A stretch of 64,000 nt of DNA from Eledone cirrhosa (GCA_964016885.1 OZ024740.1:239878001-239942000), one strand, 5' to 3'. Numbered from the stretch's first letter, positions 49,031 through 62,926 are shown. A program made the numbers and translations. The notes: a model not told the origin generated them from the letters alone.

Positions 49031-49196
49031 TTATAACAATATATTTTGGGTCCGAATTTTTTTGGGGCTCAAGCCGGGTGCTTTACGTAGCATTTGTACT
49101 AAGAGTTGTTATTTCACAAATGATTTAAATATGTTAAAAATTCAAAACTTACGGGAGCGATTTCATGACCTCCGTCACCTCGTGCGTCTTCTTCCC

Positions 49197-49198
49197 TA

Positions 49199-49276
<78 letters not shown>
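49197..49276. repeat. (TAT)n microsatellite
   Basis: Direct inspection. Confidence 0.97.
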
Positions 49277-49747
49277 GGCGACCTACGTAGTAAATCGTAT
49301 TATCGTGAGCTCCGCAAAGGTTTGTTATCTTCAGTTGTTTAAATTTGCTATTTATGGAAAATTTTTATTGTTAACTGTATATACGTGCAAATACATTGTT
49401 TTCTGAAAAGGACACTCAAAAAGATTGGGGCCTTGAGCCCAAAATTTTAAACTTTTATAATTATCAAACAAAGATTTTTCTTTGAAAAATGATGGACGAC
49501 TCAAATCACACCTTCCTCACAAACTAACACCTCACACCGACACCACCATTGTAAATATTACTACGTTTGCCAACACTAAAAATATGAGCAGTAGCAATAT
49601 TTTAAATTTGTCTCAGGCAGACATTCATTTCCCGCCATTACCAATGACTGCAGGTGTTAAAGCCGCCACCCCCACCACACCACAGCAACAACAGAAACAC
49701 AAGAAGAAAATAAATTAACTCGTGATATCGAAATTAATCCAACCAAA

Positions 49748-51449
49748 ATGAACTCTTCCACACCGAACACCACTGACGCCACCACCACCACAACTGAAAC
49801 TAAAATTAACAATAACAAAAATAACGATAACAACAACAGCAACAATGAAATTAAGAAAACCACCCTGAGTTTTGCCAGAGTAGCAAAAAAGTGCGAAGCA
49901 TTCCGGGTAACTCAGGAGGAATTAGAAGATGCCAAAAAAATGGTAAAGAAAGATGGGTACAGGGTCAGCCCCCCCCCCCCCCCCCTCACCCCCCCCCCAC
50001 ACACACACACCTAATAAAATGGAGCATCGGCGCCTATGCACCGTGTCTTATCGTATAGGGACAATTAACATAAAATCGCGCCGAGTGCAACGGGCATCCG
50101 AGTCCCAAATCCAAAAAGCTTTGGGACATGTGTGGGCAAAAAAGACCCACATCAGATGTGGGCAGAAATATGGAACCGTGGACGTGTTCTTTGAAACACC
50201 ACAAGAGGCCAGAGAACACTCCATGGCCCCATTAAGAAGTGACGACTTCACACTCGTCCCAAGCTATTGTGGCCAGAGACTCGTGAAGATCAGGGTGACC
50301 CACGTTCCACCGGCCATCGAAATTCCCTGCCTAAGAGCTGCCGTCCTCGCCGGCATCGAAGTCAACACCAAGATAATCGAAATAGCGAAAGAAAAGCAGA
50401 ACTGGTCCGGATCTGGGATGGAGCTCCTGATCCAAGCGGACCAAAAAAGCATTGAGGAGATCCCAGAGGTAATAGACCTCACTGACGGCAGCCACCTCAC
50501 CGTAATCGTCGAGGGCAGAAGGCCTAGGTGTGTCGTTTGTGGTGAAGGTACCCACCTAAGGTCTTTCTGCCCTCAGGCTAAAAGGTTGAGGCCACCTCTC
50601 TTACCCACCCCAGTGACTCAACCATCAACACCACCAGCAGCAGAAATGGCAGCAACAACTGCAGCAGCAACAACAGAAGCAACTGTAACAGCAACAACTC
50701 CAGCAACAGTAGCAAAACCAACACCACCACCACCCAACGCGCCAGAACTAGCACCAGCGCCTACACCATCCACCACGCCACAACCAAAACCAACGCCTGT
50801 GGAGGATTTTGCACTCCCCGACCTATCGCAACTGGAGAAAGATTGTGACGACGAGGAGTGGGAAACGGTATCAGGAAAAACGAAAAAAAGAAAAAGAAAC
50901 CAAAAAAGAAAAAATCCCCTTCCTCCCCCCCCCCCCAAAAAAAAATACAGAGGGAAACAAATATCAAACAAAAAAAAATAGGACAGCTATGCCACCATCC
51001 ACACCAGCATCACCAACCCCATCACCACAAACACCAACACCATCACCACCATTAACCCCAACACCACCATCACCAACACCACAAAAGTCACCAAAAAGCG
51101 AAACAGAAACAAGCCCACAACAAACGCTAACAAAACAAAACAACCAAAACGATACACACTACGCAGCATTAAATTTGAACAACAACCAATTATTACACTA
51201 CATCCAACACATACCAGCATCACAGAAAAAGGCTACACAACAACCCAAAAGTTCACACCACCTCCACACATACAAATCACTCGCATCACACAGAAAACGT
51301 ACACGACACTAAAACAAAAATTCCCCAAAGACATTGGAGACTTCCGACAAGCACTCTCCAGGAGGATTTATAAGGACATCCTTCCGGTGGAGGCCAGAAG
51401 CAGTGAAAAGGGTGGAGAAACCATCCTTCCTCTACGAGGAGTAAGGTAA
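49748..51449 (+). pseudogene. Tx1 ORF1 (gag-like; frameshifted at homopolymers)
   Basis: Poly-Asn, LSFARVA, RRM-like central region, CVVCGEGTHLRSFC knuckle, P/T-rich linker, basic patch, and a conserved C-terminal domain. Confidence 0.85.
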
Positions 51450-51483
51450 GTGGTCTTTCCCATCTTTTCCACTCCATTTCAAC

Positions 51484-54400
51484 ATGACCTCACTCAGAAT
51501 AGGCAGCATAAATGCGCGTGGCTTGGGGTCGTCATGGAAGCAGGGCCACCTTCTCAACGACCTCAGGTCACTAAACATAGATGTAGTGGCCATCAGTGAG
51601 ACCAGAATCTCTGAAGCACGGGCCTTCGCACCGATCTTCGGCGGCTACGATGTGTACACATCTTCCAGCCGTCCTGGATCGGGGGAGGAGTTGCTGTGCT
51701 TTTTCGGAGAGGTTTGGACCCAGAAGGTAAGTTGGTGGTACTGGACCTGACCAGCGGAGACGGGCAAGCTTTCAGGCAAGTAGGCCGTCTATGCCCCGAC
51801 AGGAGCATGGCGGCTAGATTTCTTCCGGCGTCTGGAGAGCTTTCTTGGAACGTCCTGCTCTTTAGTGTTAGTGGGCGACTGGAACGGGATCTTAGATGCA
51901 CGCTGGGACTGTGTGGGATTAACGGATAGGGGAGGAGGGTGCAAGAGCCTCACCAACCTGCTCAGGCGTCTTGAACTGTCTGATAGGTACCGATTGGATT
52001 TCCCGAATGTGCCAATGTGGACTTGGACAAATCGCATAGGGACATCCAGATCATATCTAGATAGAGTATTTTGTAGGGAAATAGATATGTCTAGCATAGG
52101 CTGTCCACAATTCAAGATAGTCAGCTACACGGACCACAAATTCGTGATCTGTATGCTTGACTTAGATAGGCTTCATAGACGAGGACCCGGCTACTGGAAG
52201 CTAAACGCGTCCTTACCAGCGCGCAAGGCCTACAGAGACCGGATTAGCGAACTAGTTAAGCGGGCATTGACGGGGGCCATCGTCAACAACAAGTGGTTAT
52301 TTGCTCTGAAAAGAGCGATTAGAATAGAGTCCATTAGGTTTAGTAAGGCTTTAGCAATAGAGGAAAATAGAGCAGAGAGAGAACTAGTTAGAAAATTAGA
52401 CGAGGCGCTTAGCAAAGACATCGCGACCGATGTACTAGCGGCGAAATTGGCCCTTGACCAATTCTTCAATGCAAAGCACAAAGGCTGCGTTGTCAGAGCT
52501 AGGGTGCGTGTTCTCAGACACGATGGGACGAAAGCCGTTCAATGGGCCCGAGTGGCGGAGGCGCGTCGTGGCAACAAAGCTACGATCCCGTCTTTGGTGG
52601 ACCACGACGAGCACATGCTACTCGATCCCGGGCAAATGTGTGAAGCTTTTCAGCGACACTTCGCACAGCTGTTCGGGGTCAGCGGCGGGCCGGATCGAGG
52701 GATGGACTATAGTGTCTACCTCGACGGACTGCCTCGGCTCTCGGCCACTGAGGCGGAGTGTTGCGAAAAGCCGATAACAGCCGCTGAAGTACGGGAGGCA
52801 ATGACTGGCTGCACAAGGGGTAAATCGCCTGGTTTAGATGGTCTGCCCTATGAACTTTACGTACAGATGCCAGACTTGTTCGGAGGCCTCTTGGCGGACG
52901 TCTACTGCAACTGGCAACAGAACGGGAGAATTCCCAACTCTGTGAGCCGAGGAGCTGTGGCGCTGCTGATTAAGGATCCTAATATGGGGGATAACATAGA
53001 TAATTTCAGGCCCATAACTCTGCTAAACACAGTTCAAGATTTTGGCCAAGGTGCTAGCAAAGAGTTTGGCGCTTGTCGTTGGTGGTCTGGTGGGAGAGGT
53101 GCAGACGTGTACCATTCCCGACAGATCCATCCACGACAACCTCCACCTCATGCGATACATCGTAGAGAGGGTAGCTAGGGAACCTGGCACGGGTGGGTCC
53201 TTGACAATTTAGATCAGTCAAAAGCTTTCAATAGGGTCCACCATCGTTACCTAGCAGCAGGCCTGAGGGCGGCTGGCTTTGGGCCCGTCTTCAGAGGCTG
53301 GATCGCTGCCATGCACAGCGACATATGCTCTGTGGTGAGAGTGAACGGTCACCTTTCGGAACCGTTCAACATCAAGCGCACGGTCCGCCAAGGATGTCCC
53401 CTCTCGTCCCTCTTGTACGTATTGACTCTCGAGCCATTACTGCACAAACTGGAGACGTTGAGGGGGGTCCCGCGCGAACTAGGATGCGGAAGATCCGTGT
53501 CAGCATATGCGTACGATGTCACCGTAGTGGTGTCGAACGCCAAAAAGATGGAGGCGATCGGCACTACACTAAGAGAATACGAAGCGGTGACAGGAGCAAT
53601 GATCAACCAGGAAAAGTCAGTGGGCCTGCAGCTCGGCACCTGGAGAGGCAGGTCCATGCCGGCCAACAGCGTCGTCAGGCGCTGGACGGACGCACCGGTT
53701 AAATCGCTAGGGGTCTGGTTCGGTCCGGACCTACAGACGGACAAAAACTGGGACGAGGTGACGAGCAGGGTGGCTTCTCTCACCCAGAAATGGGCGAAGA
53801 GGAAGCTATCCCTGAAAGGTCGAGCGGAGGTGGCTAACGCGTACATCGCGTCCGTCATCTGCTACCGCCTGACCGTCGTACCTTGTCCTCAGCCCTGCCT
53901 GACTGCGCTGGAGGGAGCATTTGCTCTTTCGCTTTTTGTGGAAGGGACGCGCTCCGATGGTCAGGCGGTCCATCTGTTGTCAACACCCGCTACGTGGAGG
54001 GCTGGGCATGCCGTGGCTGATGATGCGCAGACACGCGCTCAGGCTACGACATCTCCACCTCTTCCTCGACGGTGATCAGGTGTGGTCGCCGTTTGCTAGA
54101 CGCTTCTTTCCCCAGCTCGTTTCCTTAACGGAGCTGCAGTCCTGGGTCAAGCGAAGACCGAGATGGAGCGCTTGGAGACTGGAATGTCTTCAGGCGCTCA
54201 CAGCCCTCGACCAATCGAGCAATGTGATCGGTGGAAACTCCACCTCGGCGTTCTATAGAGGATTAGTGGAGGGGAAGAGCGACTACGTACTTGGTGTAAC
54301 TCTAGGCGTCGACGAAAATCAACTAGCCAATCTCTTCGGAAGAACTTTCGGGCCGGTGCCTATGGACAACTTCCAGAAATCCGTGGCCTGGCAGTGCTAC

Positions 54401-54876
54401 CGAGGAGCTTTGCCAGTTCGGGATAACCTCTACAAGCATGGAGGTGCCGCCAACCGGGCATGACCGAGATGCGCGCAGGGCGACGAAACCGTCCTGCACG
54501 CACTCGTCCAGTGTCCGAGCATTGCTGACTTGTGGGTTTATGTCGAACACATGCTGTCGCGTGTAGGACGGATCCAGCTATCTGCTGAGTCCATCGTGAG
54601 GATTGCCCCGCCCTCTTCCTTTAGCCGGGAAGGGCAGGCAGTTTTTATCTGTCTGGTGGCCATGGCGAAAGAGATAGTATGGTGGACACGTTTGAAAGGG
54701 CTGAAGACGAGCACTTACCTCTTCGGTGATGCCCTGATTAACTTTTTCAAATTTCATTGAAAAGGAAAATCAGGGTAGAGAGGGAAGTGCTCTCTTCCCA
54801 GTATTTTGTTGAAAGATGGGTGAGAGAAGCAAATATGGCCCGAGTGAATGGACCTACTCTGAGTATGTGTCTGTAA
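51484..54876 (+). pseudogene. Tx1 ORF2 (APE endonuclease, RT, CCHC; several frameshifts)
   Basis: MTSLRIGSINARGL, ISET, GDWN, SYLDR, TDHK, GYWKLN, KSPGLDG, NFRPITLLN, RQGCPLS, AYAYD (degenerate YADD), GGLGMP. Confidence 0.9.
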
Positions 54877-55329
54877 ATTAAAGGTGGAAAACTGGGAGAG
54901 GGCACTTGCCCTGGTGGTCAGGGTCACAGTGGCCTTTTAATGGGCTTTCTCCACAAATGTCCCTCGGAAGTCTCCCCCCTATTGGGGAATTTTTCATTGT
55001 TATTTTTTTTATTACATCCTGTTTTTTTACTCGCAGAAATGCCCATTTGTACCGTCCTGTATTGTCCTGTACTGTCCTTAATGTCTACTTTATGTAAACC
55101 CTTGTGGTTAATAAAGAAAGCATTATTATTGTTGTTGTTGTTGTTGTTGTTGCTGTTTGCTGCTGCTGCTGCTGCTCTCTTGTTGCTCCTGCTGCTGTTA
55201 TTCAATAGTCTTACATAAATAGCCTTAATGCAGTTCTGTCGCTGCATTACTTAGCACAGCCCATGTGCCTCGTATATGTGTAAGATTATATTTTAGAAAC
55301 TTTGTTTATTTTGTTTATTCTGTATTAAA

Positions 55330-56030
55330 AGGTATTCTATTCTACGCAGTGTCTAGTAGCTCTATTTTCTGTTGCGTATAAGCAGCGTATATTTGGAAGT
55401 GACGGGCTTTGGGTTATGTATTTGTATATTTTTTTGTCCGTCTCATGACACTTATTACGATAAGCATAATTTATGTTTTCAATGACCACTTTCGAGGTAT
55501 CTCTATTTTCAGATCTTTATATTTGGATATTTTTCCAGTTCTTTAAGAGATACGATGTCACCTATTGAGACTGATAGGTCAATATTAAGATATTCCTTTT
55601 CCTGCTAGTGATTGACAAAGATATCTTATCGATTCACTTGGTTTCCCTGGCTGTGTGCATTGGCATATCTAAGAGTATTTATAGCCCTGGCTGGTAATTT
55701 CGTAGGATATAATTTCTTGAATTATTTCCACCTTGAAATTACCATAGTAATGATTCCACTTGTAAGATTCCCTGGTCTTAAATCTTCATCATATTCCCTT
55801 TTATTTATATTCTAGTTAGTGTTCTTCTGGTTCGAATTTTCTTAATTAGAAAGTATTGTCAGGTTTGAATATGTCGTTCTTTATAGTTTACTTTATTCGT
55901 TTTGTACATGCTAGGTTTATTTTCTTGGTTTACTTGTTAGCTATGTTTCTTGTATTCATTACTTGCGTTTTCTTGATGTATTGTAAATGTTGTACTTCAT
56001 AATTGTAAACCAAGGAGGAAATCTCCGTAT
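55330..56030 (-). mobile_element. Very degenerate R4-type LINE remnant
   Basis: The reverse complement gives NR.DIFV...K...LILTY, KI.KYKDLKIE and QKIELL.TA-like RLE C-terminal motifs, similar to 35820-36200. Confidence 0.45.
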
Positions 56031-56645
56031 GGGGGCCGAACCTGCTGCAAAGGGCTGCCTCTTCTTAAAGTTACTACTATATAGTGCTAAAAACGTAAGG
56101 ATTTGTTCTACAATTTAATCATGGCATTCTATACATGGGAATGGATTGGATGATGATGGTTGGAACGTCCTTCATAAATGGTCTACTAGATCAAAGTGTA
56201 TATGGGATTAAACAACGACAATAATAACAGCAGTAAAATTACTCTGACGCCTACAGACATACATCCTAAAACCATAGAAAATATCAAAATATCATCTGGT
56301 GGCTGTTTGGGCTCTAAAACATTAAAGTGTATTTTTCAAAGATATCTGGACATTTCTAAACTAAAACAAAATGCTATATGATATGTAAATTGAAAATTTT
56401 GCCAGATGGTGTTTGTGGTTTGGGGATTTAATCTGCCTGTCTCATATCACATCGACGCATAAAATTAGATCAAAATCAAATTATCTAAAAATAATAACTA
56501 CAATAATTTTGTCCTCAGCAAAACCGACTAATAATGTATATATATATACTATATATAGAGTTATAAACTCAAACAGTCTTTTACAATTAAATAGCTAAAA
56601 AAAAGAGATATTTATCATAAGAGGTGTTTATCATATATTCATTTG

Positions 56646-56695
<50 letters not shown>

Positions 56696-56984
56696 AAAGA
56701 TGAAGTTGGAAATAGCACGGGAGACATGTTTAAGGGTCCGTTTTTCCTTTTTGATTCGTCAAAGTGACATTAAATACAAAATATTCGAGTGCAAAGTTGT
56801 GGAATATTGGAAAAGGTATTCATATTTCGCCGGTGGATTATGTACTAGTTTGATTCTTCAAAACAATACTTTTCTGTGAGTTCCCAGTAAACTTTTACAT
56901 TTCCTGGTAAATCGATAACTAGTTAATTAGTTTTATTGTGTTGTATCAAATGAAAGAATGGTATTTAACTAATGTATTGGTATG

Positions 56985-57857
56985 CGATGGGGCCCACCCA
57001 CAGCCCCGGCGGACAGAATGGAGAAGGCGTTTCCCTGGAGGACGGCAAGGGAGACGCGCTGGAAAAGCTACTCCAACTCGCGGGACTCACACCTACGGCT
57101 GGCCAGCTCAGTGCCTATGGTGGTGAGTAAGGAGGTAGCCCTGGGGCCGAGCACACCAGAAGTTTCCACTGCCAGGGGAACGACCGCAAACCTGTCGGAG
57201 AGCGACCGGTATTTGAGGAGTTTGGCTCCCTCAGCCCGACGTGCAGCAGAACCTGGGTCAGTCGCAGACTGCACCAGGTTACGGCTGCAGAAAGTGTCGG
57301 TGCAAGTGGCATCCCAGACGAGGGGTTTGCCACCGCGGAACGGGAAGATTGTCATGCCATCTGGCCTTTTGCCGTCCCCTCGATCCAGCCCCACCGGCTC
57401 GAGCTGGGAAAGGAAGCCTGCAGCGTCCAAGCCATGCTTAATGACCCCGTTGGGGGCAGTATGGCGTGGAATGCGGCCGGCACTGTGGCGACAGGAAAGC
57501 GGGTGGAGGCCGAAAGAGTCCACGGTGGAACCGCAGCGACATTGGTGTGGCTGGCAGATCCGGAGGCCGAGCCTCAGGGAAACGCCGATTCGCAGGCTAT
57601 GGTTGTCTTTTAATGCGTGCAGTGGAGAAGGAGGGCAGGGCATGCAGTCAGGCACCACTCTGGAGTTTGGAGGTCGCACGAAAACAAGCAAGGCGGTGCT
57701 GGTCGAGCTGGCGCGTGAGCCTGTCTGAGGCCAGGCCGCACTGGATGGCATCTCAAGTGCGTTGGGGGGACTTGACGTCAACAGGGGGAGAAGGAGGAGG
57801 GACGTCTACTGGGCTAAGTCCCAGCCGGTCCCACGTCTCACAGGCCGCCTCAGATAT
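56985..57857 (-). mobile_element. CRE-clade RLE LINE, 5'-truncated 3' fragment
   Basis: ORF 57068-57781: LRLG...CRCG......GLHPLSC...GRIPRH, RPDGMTIFPFRGGKPLVWDATCTDT, PLAVETSG. This is the CRE-type CCHC plus PD-(D/E)xK signature. Confidence 0.85.
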
Positions 57858-57884
57858 GCATGTGTGAGGGAGTGTCTGTCTGTT

Positions 57885-57945
<61 letters not shown>

Positions 57946-57986
57946 GAAAGGTATAGAAAACATTGTACCAAAGCCAACAGTATTCC

Positions 57987-58044
<58 letters not shown>

Positions 58045-58075
58045 CATATATATATAGGTGTGTATGTGTGTGTGT

Positions 58076-58143
<68 letters not shown>

Positions 58144-58256
58144 ATGTGGGTCTGTATTTGGCACTGAGCAGTTGGCGATTCACACGGCCATTATTCAAAG
58201 TTTCTTAGGCACGTAGGCACATGTCTAATCAATTAGATGCCCGAAAACATCTAGTT

Positions 58257-58287
<31 letters not shown>

Positions 58288-58298
58288 TATATTTTATT

Positions 58299-58345
<47 letters not shown>

Positions 58346-58442
58346 AAATGTACAATTTATAAGATATATATAATATAATATATACAATATATATAATATA
58401 TACATATATATTTATGTGTGTGTGTGTATGTATATATATATA

Positions 58443-58484
<42 letters not shown>

Positions 58485-58560
58485 CATACACACATACATA
58501 CACACATACATACAGCCATACAGACAGACAGACATACATGCTTATACGCATACATATCTG
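57885..58560. repeat. Compound (TA)n/(TG)n/(TACA)n microsatellite field
   Basis: Direct inspection. Confidence 0.9.
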
Positions 58561-59049
58561 TGTTTGCGCGCGCACTTTTTTGTATCATGCAATAAATTTC
58601 TTCTAATGCAGCATCTCAAGTGCTGAAGAGCGTTTATACATCACACAGATACCATCCAATTAAATAAAAACAATTTATAGGCTAGTTATTTTGTGTATTT
58701 GACGTTTAGACCTAGCTCAACCTTATTTGAGTGGGCCTGTGATCAAAGGTATTATGTTTTTTTCCAAGCAGTGTTTATCAAAGATGAAGTTCTCTTTAAC
58801 CTAAACTTTATTAACGTTAGTACGTCACACGTCTCAGTTTTGTTTCCAGCACTCTGCTTCCTATATATGAAATATCTACTTACACACCCACCCCAAGAAG
58901 CATGCACACCTATTTATGGTTACCGCCAGGTCGCACTATCATGGCAAGCGCTGATGAATCTCTTGTTGACCCACACTTAATCATCTCTGGTTTTCCTTAG
59001 TGTTCGATTTTGTCCCTTCATCCCACATCATTTTATTCCTATACATCAG

Positions 59050-59480
59050 TACCATCCTCCCTTCCTTTCTACACTTCGGCACCCAAGCGTCTCCCACATT
59101 CAGGCTATAGATTGCAACGAAAACACTCACCGTCGCTACAAATACTGGGCCACACTATCATTGAGGATCTCACCTGGCGAACACATCCCTTCAACATAGC
59201 AAAGAGAGTATTACAAAGATTTCTTTCCTATTTAGTGTGTCAACACATTCGTCATCTCCCAACAACTACTGACTCTCTACAAAGCTCATGTGATGCCCAC
59301 AATGATGTACTACATCTACATCTTGGAGGATGCTACTACTACATACGTAGACATCCTTGAATGTAACAGAAGAAAGGGGCACCTGACTAGTTTACATGAA
59401 ATTGCTCATCTACACAATCATTTCCTTTTCTACCAATACTACAGACACCTTTACCTTTTGGAATTTGATGGGTTTCATGC
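59050..59480 (+). mobile_element. Old APE-type LINE RT C-terminal remnant (CR1/Jockey-like)
   Basis: LQILG...DLTWRTH..NIAK.. followed in another frame by LLTLYKAHV.P.M.Y, which are typical of the end of RT and the thumb. Confidence 0.45.
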
Positions 59481-60694
59481 TACCTCCATACATGAACCTC
59501 CATTTTTCCAACTACTCCACCATGCCAATGTCATCCCTCTAAAATTCCAGCACTGCACTTATTCCGCCTGCTGATGTCTCTATTCATTTGCTCAAGAGAA
59601 TATTAACTGCCTCGATATTGTCCTTCTCAAAAGGTTTCCTTTAGAGTAAACCAATAGAAATCGTTAAATAATCCAGAGTTTTGTTATTGAAGATGAAAGC
59701 CTATAATTTGAGTATGACAACTAAATCTAGCAAATCGAATAACTACATAGTAGTTCTCTTCGTGGCTCATTTAGAGCTAGTTGTTTACTATAAAAGATTA
59801 GAGAGATTGGAAACATTAGTTTAAATAACTGAACTTTAGTATAAGTTGAAACTAATAAGACGAATAATTTAAATCGGAGTCATCAACACTTTAATTTTTT
59901 TAGCATATTGTCGTTATATTAAAGAATTTAAAACATAATATCGGGTCGGGAAGTATGAATTTGTAGTGAGGCATATGGTTTTTGTTTATTTTCTACAAAT
60001 TTCATACTTGATGACCCAATATACAATGTCGTAGATTTTATTCTTTATACGTAAGTTTGGTTCTGTTTTCGTTTTAATAGTCCAAGGACAGTGTTTGACT
60101 GCTTTGTCAGACACCGGGACCCCGGATAGACCAACAGTACCATCGACAGGGGTTTAAACTGTGTACATCCATTTCGATGGCCGATGACCACAGAGTTTTG
60201 TACCGGTTGCCAATACGGCAATATTATTAGTGACGCACGCGGCTCCCCCACCCTCTTCTTTGTTAGGTTGCCTATTTACCGCGTCATATCTCTTCTCCTA
60301 TCATGTGACTATTATCTCGTTGTTTCGTCTTGGTGTCTTTCACATCATTTAGTTGTGGCGATTAATACCAGTCAACCTTTTCCTCACTGCGCGTCACTTT
60401 CTGTGTACTTTTGATCCAGATCTAACTCGACCTTTTCGTCACGTATTGCAGACCTGTCAATTCTCCCCATTTTGGAGCACTTAGTTTCATGGTATTCTCC
60501 TTTTGGGTTTTTAGAGGTTGGCAGGTCTGGTATTGTACAATCTAAATATCGTACATATAAATCTATACACGTGTTTTGTTTTCGTCTTAATGCTCCAAGA
60601 ACAGTGTTTGCACTCCAGCTAGACTAGTTGTACCGTCGGCAGTGGTCGAAACTGCGTATGTCTATATATAAGTCTGTCTTAAGCCAGAAGTCTC

Positions 60695-61053
<359 letters not shown>

Positions 61054-61240
61054 GAATCCCATCACCTCATTGATACTTTATTTATTGACCCCAGGAAGGA
61101 TGTAATGGAAATTTGAAATGGGTGGTATTTGAACTCAGAGCGATGAAAGACAAGAAGGAACAGATATCCCTAGTCTCACTCAACTCTTCTTTACATTATT
61201 ATATTATTTCTTTAGTTCTTATCCCACATTATTACAATAA

Positions 61241-61435
61241 GGGCGGTGGATTGGCAGTATTGGGAGAGGGTCCGACGCCATGCTTTGACGTATAGAGTTA
61301 CGGCCCTTGCCATTCTGAGTTCAAATCCCGCCGAGGTTAACTTTGCCTTTCATCCTTACGGGGTCGATAAAATAAAGTACCAGTAATGCACTGGGTAATT
61401 GCTGGCCTTGTGCCTAACGTAGAAACAATTATTAC
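61241..61435 (+). mobile_element. tRNA-derived SINE
   Basis: Full consensus. Confidence 0.9.
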
Positions 61436-61614
61436 AATAAACATATTACTGTACTCTTTAGCTCCAATGCATGTATGTTTAGCAATTTATTTCTTACAAT
61501 GTTTTTTCCATACCATACAGGTTATTCGTGCAGCTAGAAATAAAGGCCAAATTTCCTTCAAATCACACTCTATCGAGTTATACAAAATATTGAAGGACAG
61601 TCCAAGTTACATAA

Positions 61615-61828
61615 TGATTTCTACTATAGGTACAAGGCCAGCAATTTGGGGAGAATGGAAAGTCTATTAAATCGACCACAGTGCATTACTGGTGCTTCAT
61701 TTTATCGACTTCGTAAGGATGAAAGACAAAGCTAACCTCGGTGGTATTTGAACTCAGAACGTAAAGGGCCTTAACTCTATGTCACAAAGCATGGTATCTG
61801 GCGCTTTACCGATATTGCCAATCCATCG
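61615..61828 (-). mobile_element. tRNA-derived SINE
   Basis: Reverse complement of the consensus, diverged. Confidence 0.85.
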
Positions 61829-62791
61829 CAGGACTGGATTATCACAATTAGAAAACTTTTGATCATAATTCCGCTGATCTGAGCTCACCTGGAGTTAAAC
61901 AACTTGCATGTTCCCATATATCAGTGTTTCTGAAGAAAACTTTCAATTGTTTATGTAATGCTTCTTTTGTCAAAGTTGCTACTAAATCAAGCAGACACAT
62001 CTGTCTATATGCCGCATTAGTCTTACAGCAGTCTGCTCAAACATAGTGTTATGTTCTGGAAGAATCAATTGCAAAAAACAATTAGGATTCATAACTTGTA
62101 TCATTTCTCAATAGGAAAGCCATTAACATTCAGGGTAGGATTGGCTATTTAGCGCCCTAGAGCTAGCTCTGCAATATTCATAATCTCTGCAATAAAATTT
62201 ACAATTTGGTAATCTGACGAATCAGGTTCTTCCCACCTGCTGCTCTGGCCACATTAATACAATAATACCTGCATTTTCTACTACACAGTCAACACTCACC
62301 CACGCCAAATCGTGTAACATATCATAACAACGTACGATACGCCATCGCTTTCGATATTTCCACGACGCTGCTGCTATTCAACAAAGATGTTTAGCGATTA
62401 ATTTATTGATCGCATGAAATGATTACATATTTTATTTAATTACACATATTTGTATAAAACAATGGTCCTATAAAGTCCAGTAATGCATCGTTTGGAGCTC
62501 TGCGCCCTAAGCGGCTGCCTAGATGGCCAAATGGTCAACGCCTTAACCTAATTTCTTTATGATTATAAGAGGCAATGTTTACTTATCTTATCAAAATTAT
62601 AAGCTGTCATTAGTAATCCTGCTTTGCATCGTTTCTGTTATATTATTCCAGGTTGATAGCATGTGGTATATCAAATGCTATCACGTGGCTTTCTTATCTC
62701 ACTGCTCCATTTCTCCATATATATCTATTCTTGTTTTAATTTTCGATCGACACCGGATAAAGCCAGACCGATACTACCAATCCACCGCCCT

Positions 62792-62822
<31 letters not shown>

Positions 62823-62853
62823 TTATATATATGTGTGTGTGTTTGTGTGTGTG

Positions 62854-62926
<73 letters not shown>

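Larger units (their letters stand above)
49277..55125 (+). mobile_element. Full-length Tx1/L1-clade LINE (frameshifted), inserted in (TAT)n
   Basis: 5' UTR, ORF1 (~49490-51449), ORF2 (51484-54876), and a 3' UTR with AATAAA then CATTATTATT; (TAT)n on both sides. Confidence 0.93.

Noticed and set aside
56982-57728. 248-aa plus-strand ORF
   Set aside because: It is the antisense shadow of the GC-rich CRE ORF.
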